Below are positions 34,451-45,223 of a stretch of 64,000 nucleotides of DNA, in pieces; within the stretch, counting starts at the first letter, position 1, and each line of letters begins with the position of its first letter. This stretch comes from Selaginella moellendorffii. Lineage: Eukaryota; Plantae; Lycopodiophyta. The translations under genes were made by a program, and so were the position numbers. Below the pieces are notes generated by a model. The model had not been told where the DNA came from, searched no databases, and worked only from the letters and a program-made list of their open reading frames with translations. The stretch covers positions 136,110 through 200,109 of the forward strand of contig NW_003314378.1 in the NCBI RefSeq assembly GCF_000143415.4. The letters run 5' to 3'.

Positions 34451-34960
34451 TCAAAGCTTTTTGTTGGCAATGAGAATTCCATCGATGTCCGAGTAGCACC
34501 ACTCTCCTGGTAAGATCCTCACGCCACCAAAGACCACAGCCACGTCCTTCTCGCCCTGTCCTCGTTTGAAGCTCTTGAGTGGATGCGGAGCCAGCGCTCT
34601 CACTCCCACTTCCACCGCGTTGATCTCTTCCACGTCTCGGACGCATCCGTTCACTAGAATTCCTGCCCAGCCATTGGTCGAAGCCATCGCTGCCAGGTTT
34701 CCTCCCAGCAGCGCGCACCTCAGGCTGCCACCTCCGTCCACGACCAGCACCTTTCCATCACCCTGCTGCTCCAGAGCCGCACGAACCAGCGAGTTGTCCT
34801 CGAAAACCTTAAGAGTTGTCACCGGACCCGAGAAGGAACGACGCTTCCCGTACACTTGGAAAGCTGGCGCCAAGACGCGGACTGTACCACCGGTGATTAT
34901 CTCCTCATAGTACTTGTCACAGAGGTCCGTCGTCGGCATGGTCATGAAGCCTTGCTGCAT
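34451..34960 (-). CDS. rraA: RraA-like / 4-hydroxy-4-methyl-2-oxoglutarate aldolase family protein
   Basis: [65 protein letters not shown] 5'UTR intron is likely at ~34983-35075. Confidence 0.93.
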   Translation of the reverse strand: MQQGFMTMPTTDLCDKYYEEIITGGTVRVLAPAFQVYGKRRSFSGPVTTLKVFEDNSLVRAALEQQGDGKVLVVDGGGSLRCALLGGNLAAMASTNGWAGILVNGCVRDVEEINAVEVGVRALAPHPLKSFKRGQGEKDVAVVFGGVRILPGEWCYSDIDGILIANKKL

Positions 34961-35759
34961 TGCGGAGAAAACCGTTTTGGACCTGCACAAATCAATAAGA
35001 ACACTTTTGAGAAATCAGAAAGATTAAAGAAACACGAGCAAGCTCAAAATTGAGTAGCAAGACATCTAGCCATACCTGGTGCGAAGATGAAAAAGCCCTC
35101 TAGACCCTTGCCATGGCTATAGTTCAGGGAAAGCGATTCGAACCTGCGAACTCGCGAGTCGTGACGAGAAAAAGTTTTCCATTACGTACGTTCTTGAGTG
35201 TCTGAATGCCTTCATTGGAGCTGACGGTCTTCAATCAGTCAGTCACAGGTCTATAAAAGTAAATGTGAAATCGCTGCTGCCTGGTACAAGACGCCATAAA
35301 ACCACAATACGTTAACAGAGTAACAACAATGGTGAGAGTATTTTTACCTTCGTTTCGTGTCTTGCTCTCCTTTTCTATACCATAAAACTTTCTTACAGAT
35401 GCAAGCGCGACCACCCATCACGTCCTGCTTCTTTACGGCTGCTTTTGCAATCACTCCATGCTGAAGCTTTGCAAAAGCTTGTGGAGCGAATTAGGAGCCT
35501 TGGCTGAGATTTTCCAAAAGCGCCGACTCGCGCCTTGAATGTGAAGCGGGGAATCCAGATCGTGACCTCCACCACAGTTCCTGCATAGGCCTCACTGTGT
35601 CACACAGTCTTTCAAGGAAACTCTTGCTACCTCGATATCTGTGCTGGCGTTGGAGGTGTTGGAGAAGCGGGAACCTCGTGTTCCTCTCTCTCTTGCGCAG
35701 GTAGCGATTTCTTTTCTTGCTTTCTGTCGAAGTCGTTTCTGTCTTAGGCTCCTGAAGCA

Positions 35760-37620
35760 ATGGAGAATGAGCTGCTAGCAATCGTCTCCGTTTTGTTGCT
35801 GTTGTCAGCTGTTGTTGGTGCACAGCCAGGTATTGCTCTCCTGTTGGATTCAAGTCCGACGAAGTTCAGAGTTGAAGAGAATCAAAGTGTTTTTCTTACC
35901 ACTATACAGGGAAGTTCACGTTCTTGCAAGAGGCCTCTTCCTCGGCCTCGTCCAATGAGGAGTACGACTACATTGTCGTCGGCGGTGGCACTGCCGGTTG
36001 CCCCTTGGCTGCTACGCTGTCCGAAAAGTTCAAAGTCCTGCTACTGGAACGTGGTGGAGTGCCTTACGGCAATCCAGACATCGAGAGAATAGAGATGTTT
36101 GTCCACAATCTGGTCTGGACCAATGCAACTTCCCCGGCGCAAGCCTTCATCTCGGAGGATGGAGTCATCAACAGACGGCCCCGGGTTCTCGGTGGAGGGA
36201 CCTGCTTAAATGCGGGGTTCTACACCCGTGCAAGCCAGGAATTTATCCAAAAGGCCGGATGGGACGAAAAACTTGTCGACGAATCTTACTCCTGGGTGGA
36301 AAACGTGGTCGCTTTTGCTCCGGAACTAAAGCAGTGGCAATCTGCGGTCAGAAGAGGTTTGTTAGAGGTTGGAATACTTCCAGACAATGGAGTCACGTAC
36401 GATCACTTGATTGGTACCAAGACCGGAGGATCGATCTTCGATAGCAATGGACATCGCCATACGGCCGCAGATCTACTCAAATACGCAAATCCGAGCAGCA
36501 TCAAAGTAATGCTGCATGCAACAACAAACAAAATACTATTTACCGGTACGAAGTCTCATCTGTGTTTTTACCAGACAGTTCACTGACATTGAGACTTTCA
36601 GCTGATAGCGAACGTCCAAGAGCATACGGTGTCGTGTACACAGATACGTCTGGTATGGAGCACCGCGCAGTTCTCAATTCAAATCCACGCAGCGAGGTCA
36701 TACTATCTGCTGGAGCACTGGGGAGTCCACAATTGCTGATGCTGAGTGGAATTGGTCCAGAGGAGCACCTAAAGGCGTTCCAAATACCAGTAATCATGAA
36801 CGCACCAAATGTTGGTCAGGGAATGGCAGACAATCCTATGAACGCAATCTTTGTACCTTCACCGAAACCGCTCGAGGTATCGCTGGTGGAAGTCGTTGGC
36901 ATCACGAGCTTTGGCAGCTTCATCGAGTCTGCTTCGCCGGCTCTTGGTATCACGATGATCAGCAGCGTTCCTCCGCCACTGCGAACACCGAGTTTCATAC
37001 AGGCTGTTCAGAATCAGCTACAAGAGATGTCTTCCTACCTCCCGCGTACTGGAGTTCTGATGGAGAAGGTAGATGGCCCAGTCTCCAGTGGTTATCTCAA
37101 GCTTCGCAACACCGACCCTCACGACAATCCCGCAGTACGGTTCAACTACTTCTCCGATACCCAAGACTTAAACAAGTGTGTCCAAGGAATCCAGCTTATC
37201 CAAAGAGTCATTGGTTCGTCCTCAATGACATCTTTCACGTACGTGAACCCCGAGGAAATACCGGAACCGATGCTCAAGTTCGTGAGTCTGCTCGGAAACC
37301 TTTTGCCGCTGGATACGTCAAACAGGATCGCGATGGAAACTTTTTGCAGAGCAACTGTGAACACGATTTGGCATTACCACGGCGGGTGTCAAGTTGGACG
37401 AGTTGTAGACGACAGCCATCGGGTCATCGGTGTGAATAACCTCCGAGTCGTAGATGGATCGACGTTTCTGTCATCTCCAGGAACCAACCCGCAAGCTACT
37501 GTCATGATGATGGGAAGGCAAGTAAGCTCCCTTTCCAGTTGCATCCGACTGAATCTCTAGTAACTCGTCTGCAGGTATATGGGTGTGAATATCCTCAAGG
37601 AACGTGGATCAGGCTACTGA
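35760..37620 (+). CDS. GMC oxidoreductase, HOTHEAD/mandelonitrile lyase-like, secreted, 4 exons
   Basis: Signal peptide; YDYIVVGGGTAGCPLAATLS, RVLGGGTCLNAGFY, EVILSAGALGSPQLLMLSGIGP, TIWHYHGGCQVG, SPGTNPQATVMMMGRYMG. Confidence 0.95.
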
Positions 37621-37737
37621 TAAGTATATAGGAAATTATTCCTGCTAAGCGGACGTAAGCAGCAGCTAGGAAAAAAAAAAAAGAAATCGGTATAATTTGT
37701 ACCTGAATTTAACAAATGTAATTCCCTGTCCAGAAGA

Positions 37738-39342
37738 TTACTTTAAGTCCTTGGCAGCTGAGCAGCAGACTTGCTGTAAGAACTTGCGTTTTATGGCGTC
37801 AACCACAAGTTCCATTCTCATTCCTCTGCTTCCCTTCACGAGCACAACGTCACCGGGCGTGATCCTGGCAGTAAGTTCCTCGGCAAGAGCAGCGGAGTTT
37901 TCACATTTCACCACCTCGCACTTTTCCAGTTCTAGACCATTAAGCGCGTCAGAAAATGCAGGCCCTGCTGTACCAATAACATCCACATGGAGCTCTTGAC
38001 AGCACTTAATGGCCTTCATGTGAGCGCCCCTGGTGAAATCTCCCAATTCGAGCATATCACCCAGGGCCACAACTTTCCTGCCTTTGCATTCGACACTGGC
38101 CAGAATCTCCAAAGCGACTGTCATACTCATGGGATTCGCATTGTATGCGTCATTGATCAGCTGGATGTCGGAACAAATAGCTTCCAACCTCGACCTCATC
38201 CCAACCGGTGAAAACTTGGAAATCGATTCTGATGCTGCCTTCAGTGGAACCCCCAGACTGGTCGCAACACACGCTGCTGCGCAAGCATTTGAAGCCAGAT
38301 GGATTCCCGGGCATGACAAAAACGTTGTCTCGGAACCTGGAACACCTTGTTGTTGCAAAGTAAATTTGACACCCTGACCACCACTGGTGACTTCTCCGTT
38401 TAGCAAACGCAAGTCACTTACTTCCGAGCGTCCAAAGAATCTCTAGAAAATGTTTTAACAGTTAAGAACACAAGCGGAGAAAAGAAAAGAAAAACTTACA
38501 ATCATTGCATCTGGTGAGACAGGCATAGCCATCACTAAAGGATCATCCGCATTAAGAATGCATACGTCTCCGCGTCCAGAATCCCTGAAAAGCTCTCCCT
38601 TGGCCAAGGCCACTTGTTCTAAACTGCCAAGGTTCTCCATATGAGCAGGACCGACGTTTAAAACCACCCTCACCGACGGCTTGCAAATCCTGGACAGCTC
38701 CAAAATCTCTCCCAGGTGGTTCATTCCCATCTCTATAACGCACGCCGGAGAAAAAGATGGCAGCGCTAGTAGTGTCAAAGGAACGCCAATATGATTGTTC
38801 TCACTCCCCTGTGTCTGGTGTATGTGCCCGAGAGATTCCAGAGCCAGTGCGACCATAGCCTTCGTGGTTGTCTTCCCACAACTCCCAGTAATTCCCACTA
38901 CATGACCTCTATATCTGTTCCTTGCATCGACCGCCAGCTTGTGCAAAGCTGCCAGAGAATCCGACACCTCCACGAATCCCACGGGCCAGTCTCTCGGCAT
39001 CGATCGGCCAATCGCTCCAGCACACCCGGCGGCCAGGGCTTGCGCAAGGAAGCTGTTCCCATCGAAATTTCGACCTACGAGCGCTAGAAACCAGTCACCC
39101 CGGTGGATTCCCCTAGTGTCTGTGCAAATGCTGCCAGGCGATCCCTGCTTCGCTAAAATCCCGCCCACCGCCTGCGCGATCTGCTGGCAATCCCAGATTA
39201 TCCCGCGAGGACCGTCCTCCCAATCTCCAAACGAGCGGCCGGAAGACGCTAGCGTCTTCGATCTAAAGCTCCTGGAGCAAACTATCGTACCTGGAGCTCG
39301 CGTCGTGCTGGGCGGAGCGCCGAGGACGACGCCCAGCGACAT
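37738..39342 (-). CDS. murF: UDP-N-acetylmuramoyl-tripeptide--D-Ala-D-Ala ligase (MurF), probably plastid-targeted; intron 38443-38499
   Basis: N-terminal extension; ICTDTR, FDGNSF, GITGSCGKTTTK, NNHIGVPLTLL, IEMGMNHLGEI, INDAYNANPMSM, LGDMLELG, VLVKGSRGMRME. Confidence 0.95.
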
Positions 39343-39444
39343 TCCTCACCTCAAGAACTAGGGTTTAATCTATGCCGTTGGAATCTAGTTTGAATTTGAC
39401 CGTCGGATTAAAGACCTGTTAGAGAAAAAGAAAAAAATGGAATT

Positions 39445-39516
39445 TATCAGAGACAGGTTTCGATCCTGTGACCTGTGGGTTATGGGCCCACCACGCTTCC
39501 GCTGCGCCACTCTGAT
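39445..39516 (-). tRNA. trnM-i: Initiator tRNA-Met (CAT)
   Basis: ATCAGAGTGGCGCAGCGGAAGCGTGGTGGGCCCATAACCCACAGGTCACAGGATCGAAACCTGTCTCTGATA: A1-U72, GGG/CCC anticodon stem, ATCG T-loop, followed by an oligo-T terminator. Confidence 0.97.
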
Positions 39517-39610
39517 TTTGTTATTAAGTTTTCTACCTGAAAGAAATTATCGGATTCTTGGTGTAAGGAAGTAAATGAGAGAGTTTAGGTCTTTCTGGGG
39601 GGAAGGAAGG

Positions 39611-42587
39611 ATGAATGCCGACAGTGGCCATCGCAAGGGCGAGATCGCGGAGCTTAAATCCCAGCTCCGGCAGCTCGCGGGTAGCCGGGCGCCCGGCGTC
39701 GAGGAGGTGAAGCGCGAGCTCTACAAGAAGGTAATCTCCTACATGACCATCGGCATCGATGTCTCGTCGCTCTTCAGCGAGATGGTGATGTGCTCCGCGA
39801 CATCGGATCTCGTCGTCAAGAAGATGTGCTACCTCTATGTCGGGAATTACGCCAAGGTCCATCCAGATCTAGCGCTGCTCACCATAAATTTCCTCCAGCG
39901 GGATTGCCAGGACGATGATCCGATGATCCGGGGCCTGGCGCTGCGAAGCTTGTGCTCCTTGAGGGTGATGAATTTCGTGGAGTACTTGGTCGGGTCTCTC
40001 AGGAAGGCTCTCAAGGATAACAATGGTTACGTGAGACAGGTAGCTGCGATGGGAGTGCTCAAGCTCTACCACATTGCTCCTACTGCTTGCATTGAGAATG
40101 ATTTCGTGGCTACATTGAAGAGCATGCTTTCTCAGGATCCCGATGCTCAGGTTCGTGAGTAGTTCTTCCTTTTTTCTTTTCTTTCTTTCTTTCTTGATAT
40201 CTTGTTTACTCACTTTGTTACCTTTAGGTGGTCGCGAACTGTCTGTGTGCGCTGCAAGAGATTTTGGTTCTGGAGAGAACCAACAATGACCGTGCAAACA
40301 AAGATCGGGAGATACTACATAGCAAGCAAATCGTTTTCTCGCTACTAAACAGGCAAGGCTCCGGTTTTGAAAGCTTTGCTGCTCTTAATTGTTGTGCTTG
40401 ATACAGGATCAAGGACTTCTCCGAATGGGCTCAATGTCTCGTGCTTGATATGGTGTCGAAGTACATTCCGGTGGATCCAAATGAGACATTTGATATCATG
40501 AACCTGTTGGAAGATCGGCTGCAGCATTCCAATAGTGCGGTGGTGCTAGCAACTATCAAAGTTTTTCTTCAGCTGACAATCTCTATGGCCGACGTGCACC
40601 AGCAAGTGAGTTCGTTTGTTTTTCGTTCGCTTTATTAAGTTTGGTTGGTTCTTCAGGTATACGAAAGGATAAAAGCTCCTCTGCTTACTTTGATAAGCTC
40701 GGGTAGCCCAGAGTTATCGTATGCGGTGCTCAGCCATCTCCATTTGTTGGTAATGAGAGCACCCATACTGTTCTCATCCGATTACAAACATTTTTACTGT
40801 CGGTATAGTGACCCGTCTTACGTGAAAAAGCTGAAAATTGAGATGCTTACTGCCGTTGCGAGCGAGAGCAACATGTACGAAATTGGTGAGCATCTTTCCT
40901 CCAACACTTTAGTTCTTGATGTTGAAGTATTTGATCCACTGAATGCAGGCTTTGTTTTTTGAATTATCAGTGACAGAGCTTAGCGAGTACGCGGCAAACG
41001 TGGACGTTGGAATAACGCGAGAAGCCATAAGGGCCGTGGGAAAAATCGCGTTAAACCTTTGCGACGTCAATGCGATCGTTGATCGGCTGCTTCAGTTTTT
41101 AGAGATGGAACGGGATTATGTTACTGCGGAAACACTGGTATGGCTATTCAATTTAAAAACATCCCTTACGCTTTGGTTTCGTTTCAGGTCTTAGTGAAAG
41201 ACTTGGTGAGAAAGTACCCAGAATGGAGTCATGACTGCATTGCGGTTGTTGGAAATGTGAGTAGCAAAAGTATTCAGGAACCGAAAGCGAAGGCAGCTCT
41301 CATATGGATGCTCGGAGAGTATTCTCATGATATGCTCGATGCACCTTATGTGCTTGAAAGTTTTGTGGATAACTGGCTGGAAGAGGACTCTCCCGAGGTT
41401 AGTCTTGCTCTCTACGTTTGTCTTTCAGTTCTGAAAAGCAGTTATTGTTTACAGGTTCGTCTGGAGTTGCTGACAGCCGCAGCAAAGATTTTTTTCAAAC
41501 GACCACCTGAAAGCCAAAAGCTTCTTGGAGCTGCATTAGCAGCAGCGGTTGACGATCCTGATCAGGTACTTTTCTTCTTAATCCGTTATTTAATTGATAA
41601 TTGCTTGTTAATCTTTGCCAGGACGTCCACGACAGGGGTCTGTTCTATTATAGGCTTCTTCAACAAGGGGTTCAAACTGCGGAGTCAATAGTCAATCCAC
41701 CAAAGAAGGCAGTCTCTGATTTTGCAGATATCCAAAACAGTGAAATGAGAGATCGAATATTTGATGAATTCAACAGCCTATCTGTCATCTACCGCGAGGT
41801 GAGTTGTTATTTGAAGTTTCTACCATGTATAACGTGGACTTTTTGCAGCCTTCGTACATGTTTTTGGACAAGGAACATAGAAAACTGTACGAGTTTTCTG
41901 ATGAAGCAGCGCCAACCGATGTGTTGCCGACACAAAAACTGGACGCAAACGACAATGATTTGCTCCTTGGTGCGTTTGATAAGGAAGAAAGCCAAAGTGG
42001 CGTGAGCAACGGGGATGATGGACCACTCAGTGCGCCACGATCCCCATCTCCAACGCTACTAGGTGACTCAGTGCCTCCAGTGTCAGCTTCAAATATTCCT
42101 GCGGCATTCGGGATTGATGATCTCCTCGGCCTGAACATCTCTACGCCACCTCCTCCTCCTCCATCATTGGTACTCAGCTCAAAGCCAGTTCTCGACTCTG
42201 GCACGTTTCAAAAGAAATGGTCACAGCTTCCTGTTGCTCTAAGTTTCGTAAGTACCACTCAGTCTTACATGGCGTTCGCTGACGACGTGCTTTTGTTAAC
42301 AGGAGCATCCAATCTCAGCGCAGAGCCTCAAGACCACTCAGCCGCTTCTGCGCCATATGCAAGAAAAATCTGTGCAGTGCATGGCGTCGGGTGGCCAGAG
42401 CCCGACTTTCAAGTTCTTCTTCTTCGCTCAGAAGGCCGATGGGATGCCTGGGACAGGTTTCTTCCTCGTGGAGTGCCTGGTCCATACGAGCGCAGGAAAG
42501 GCCAGCGTTAAAGTAAAGAGCGAAGATTCGACATTTACAGCGGCCTTTAGCGACCTTTTCAAGTCCGCACTATCGTCCTTCATGTAG
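39611..42587 (+). CDS. AP4B: AP-4 complex subunit beta (beta-adaptin-like A), multi-exon; alternative ATG 39575
   Basis: KGEIAELKSQLRQLAGSRAPG, KKVISYMTIGIDVS, LALLTINFLQRDCQDDDPMIRGLALRSL, DVHDRGLFYYRLL, DRIFDEFNSLSVIY, and a C-terminal appendage ASGGQSPTFKFFFFAQ. Confidence 0.95.
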
Positions 42588-42772
42588 GTGGCTGTAATAT
42601 CCTTTTCTGTACTTCTTCGTACTAACGTCTTACATTTCGCAGCATTTGACCAGTAGCTCCCTCACGGAATCGAGTTGTCTAAATGAACAAGTGCAAGAGA
42701 AAGAAAGAAATCCTTGAGGTTTGCGGCCTACATTGTGCTTTCAAGAATATCGTGTAGGATATAGTTGCTTTG

Positions 42773-43273
42773 CTAAAGATTCTCCAGGCTGACGACATAG
42801 AGATCGACGAGCTCTTGAGCCTGCGAGGAATCCAGGACGACGTCGCTGTTCTCAATGTGCCAGAGGAGGAGGTGGAAGAGATCGACCGGGCAGGGGATTT
42901 GCAGCGGTCCCTGGTGGCAGAAACCAAACTTCTCCTCGCACTTTTTGAGCAGCACCTTGAAGATGGGATGGTGGAGGTGATTGGTCGGAACGATGAACCT
43001 CTCCTGGTGCTGCTCGCCAACGTAGACGGCGAGGTATCCTCTGGGAACATCGGCGGTTCTTGAGTAGGAGCTCTTGTCACCGCTCAGTGGGCTGTAGCTG
43101 CCGCTCCTCCGGCTGCTCCGCAAGCTCGCCAGCTCCTGGAGGCCTTTGAGGACGAGCTTGGTGACCGTCTTGTGGAAGCTGGAGCTCCGCCCGGGCATGG
43201 TGGTGTTGCTGCTCGCCTTGCGATCGTCTCCGCCTCTCAAGAGACTTTGCTGCCGCTTGTTCGTCGTCGTCAT
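42773..43273 (-). CDS. SAUR: SAUR (small auxin-up RNA) family protein, intronless
   Basis: DVPRGYLAVYVG…ERFIVP…LHHPIFKVLLKKCEEKFGF…GPLQIPC. Confidence 0.93.
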   Translation of the reverse strand: MTTTNKRQQSLLRGGDDRKASSNTTMPGRSSSFHKTVTKLVLKGLQELASLRSSRRSGSYSPLSGDKSSYSRTADVPRGYLAVYVGEQHQERFIVPTNHLHHPIFKVLLKKCEEKFGFCHQGPLQIPCPVDLFHLLLWHIENSDVVLDSSQAQELVDLYVVSLENL

Positions 43274-44233
43274 ACACTCCCGGCCTGGAAGACTTGCAGC
43301 ATGAGAGAACACTGGGAGAGAAAAGAAGAAGAGAAGGGAGAGCGCTCGGATTTCGCGCTCTTGTGTGGCCCGGAATTTAGTCAAATGCCGCTCGGCTCGC
43401 GAGTATCATCGTCGTTATCATAGACTTTGCTTGAGGCAGGGGCGAAAGAAGGAAAGAAAAACTCTGCGTACATTCTCTCCAGGGTCGAGAGTCATGCTTC
43501 TTTGATGATACTCTGCTAGAGAAATAGTCGCGAATCACCGCTCCTCTTCTCTCTCTCCTCTCTCTCTCTCTCTCTGGCTTGAGGCATATAAACGAAAGAC
43601 AGAGAGAGAGGGAGAGACGTTCTCTTTGTTGCTGCTTTCGTCAGAGAAAGAATAAGAATTTCCTTTCCCTCCCCTCGGCTATAATTCGCATCGGTCAACT
43701 GGGAATGGACGAAAGGAGTAAAAAATAAAACCACAGTTTTAATGAAATGAGGCAAAGCACCTACCTTTGCAGAAGCTTCTCCGACCGAGCATATGCTCGC
43801 ATCGGCACACATCATGCCAGTAAGAGCTTCGGGCTTTGACTTGTCGTCCGCGAAGCTCTGATAAGAAGAGACTTTGAATGGCTCGGGCTGGACTTTCCGA
43901 TCGATCCTCACAGCTCGCGGGAAAATTTCTGGCTTGTGACGAGCGTAATACTTGAAAGATTCATTCATCGCAGCTGCAAGGAAAGATCGTCAGGACCAAG
44001 AACAAGGTGTGAACAAAGAAAATACTCATGCCTCGTGTACGGCTTTGAAAAGAACTTCCCGCTGGGTCCCGGTCCTCGAGTGCACGGAGCGCTCTACGGA
44101 CGGACTAAAGAACTGTCAAAGCAAACACAAGAGATCTGGACCAACAAGTCAAAGGAAAACTAAACATCGTGCTCCAAGCCACTGCTGAAGAGGAGAAAAA
44201 GCGAAAGGAACGTTTTATATTTACCAATGTGAT

Positions 44234-45137
44234 TCAAGCTCCATTCATGGTGACAACCACCTTCCTTGCTCCGCCACGATCACGATGCTCGCACAGCCAG
44301 ATTCCCTTCGCAAGCAGAGTTAAGTCGCAGCGAGTTTCGGAGCAAAAGTTACCTGCCAAGTTCCCAAGTTTAATCGCCCATCGGTGATCGGGATCCTGTA
44401 AAGAGCAAGCAATAAGAGCAAAGAACAATCCACACCCTCACACGACAAAAACCAGAACAAACTTACGTGACCGAGCAGCCAAACATTGACGACTTGATGT
44501 GTGCGGGCATGTCATCCGGGCCTGAAAAAGAAAAAGTGAGTTGTTTCTTTCCGCCGCGACAGAAGAATCGAGGACAAAAATAAGCGTACCTTCCATTGTG
44601 TGCTTCCATGGAGCGGCACGACCCTGTCGAGGACCACCACCGAATCAAGGAGATCAGGGACAGGGAAAACTATCGCTAACAACGTGGCCATGGCTACCTC
44701 GGGCACAGTCTTGTTTAGAAACGTTTCTACATCTTCCTGGACATCGCTATCGTAGTTCTCATTCACCGTCAGAGACGCGCTCGTGTGCTGCACTAAGTAG
44801 CAAAAAAAATAAAAATAAGGAGAAGTAAGTAAGAACGTGACAAAGAAAGATTCCTAAGAAGCTCAATGAGGAACACGCAAAGAGATGCGAGAAAAAAAAT
44901 TAAAATTAGAGAATGGCAAAGTAAAAAGACTTACAAAAGAAATGTGCCAAGCCACACTTGATTGACGAAAGGTCCGCCTCGATGTCGCGAAGAATCTGGG
45001 AGGAGATGGAATTTGACCTAGGCGAGCTAAGCGCGTGGAAGAATCCAGCGATGGGAGAGTACCTGGGACGTGACGAGATGGCAGCCGCGCTTGTGAGGGG
45101 GGAGCACCACCGTTCGCTGTAGCCATTTGCTCGCCAT
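44234..45137 (-). CDS. yjbQ: UPF0047/YjbQ family protein, multi-exon
   Basis: MASKWLQRTVVLPPHKRGCHLVT, QHTSASLTVNENYDSDVQED, GPDDMPAHIKSSMFG, GRLNLGTWQ|GIWLCEHRD. Confidence 0.92.
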
Positions 45138-45223
45138 AGCCCAGAATGAATTCTAGGGTTTAGCAGAATATCCTTTTAACGTCTTAAAATTAATTGCACA
45201 AAATATTCCTCGAAAGATGCGGC

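Noticed and set aside
37738-39342. Bacterial contamination or recent HGT for MurF (also RraA, YjbQ, PhoD)
   Set aside because: Spliceosomal introns, targeting-like extensions and plant neighbours. These families are established in plants.
44234-45137. Functional link between YjbQ (weak thiamine-phosphate synthase activity in bacteria) and the TPP riboswitch
   Set aside because: They are 20 kb apart, on opposite strands, with about ten genes between. A cis-acting riboswitch cannot control it, so this is probably coincidence.
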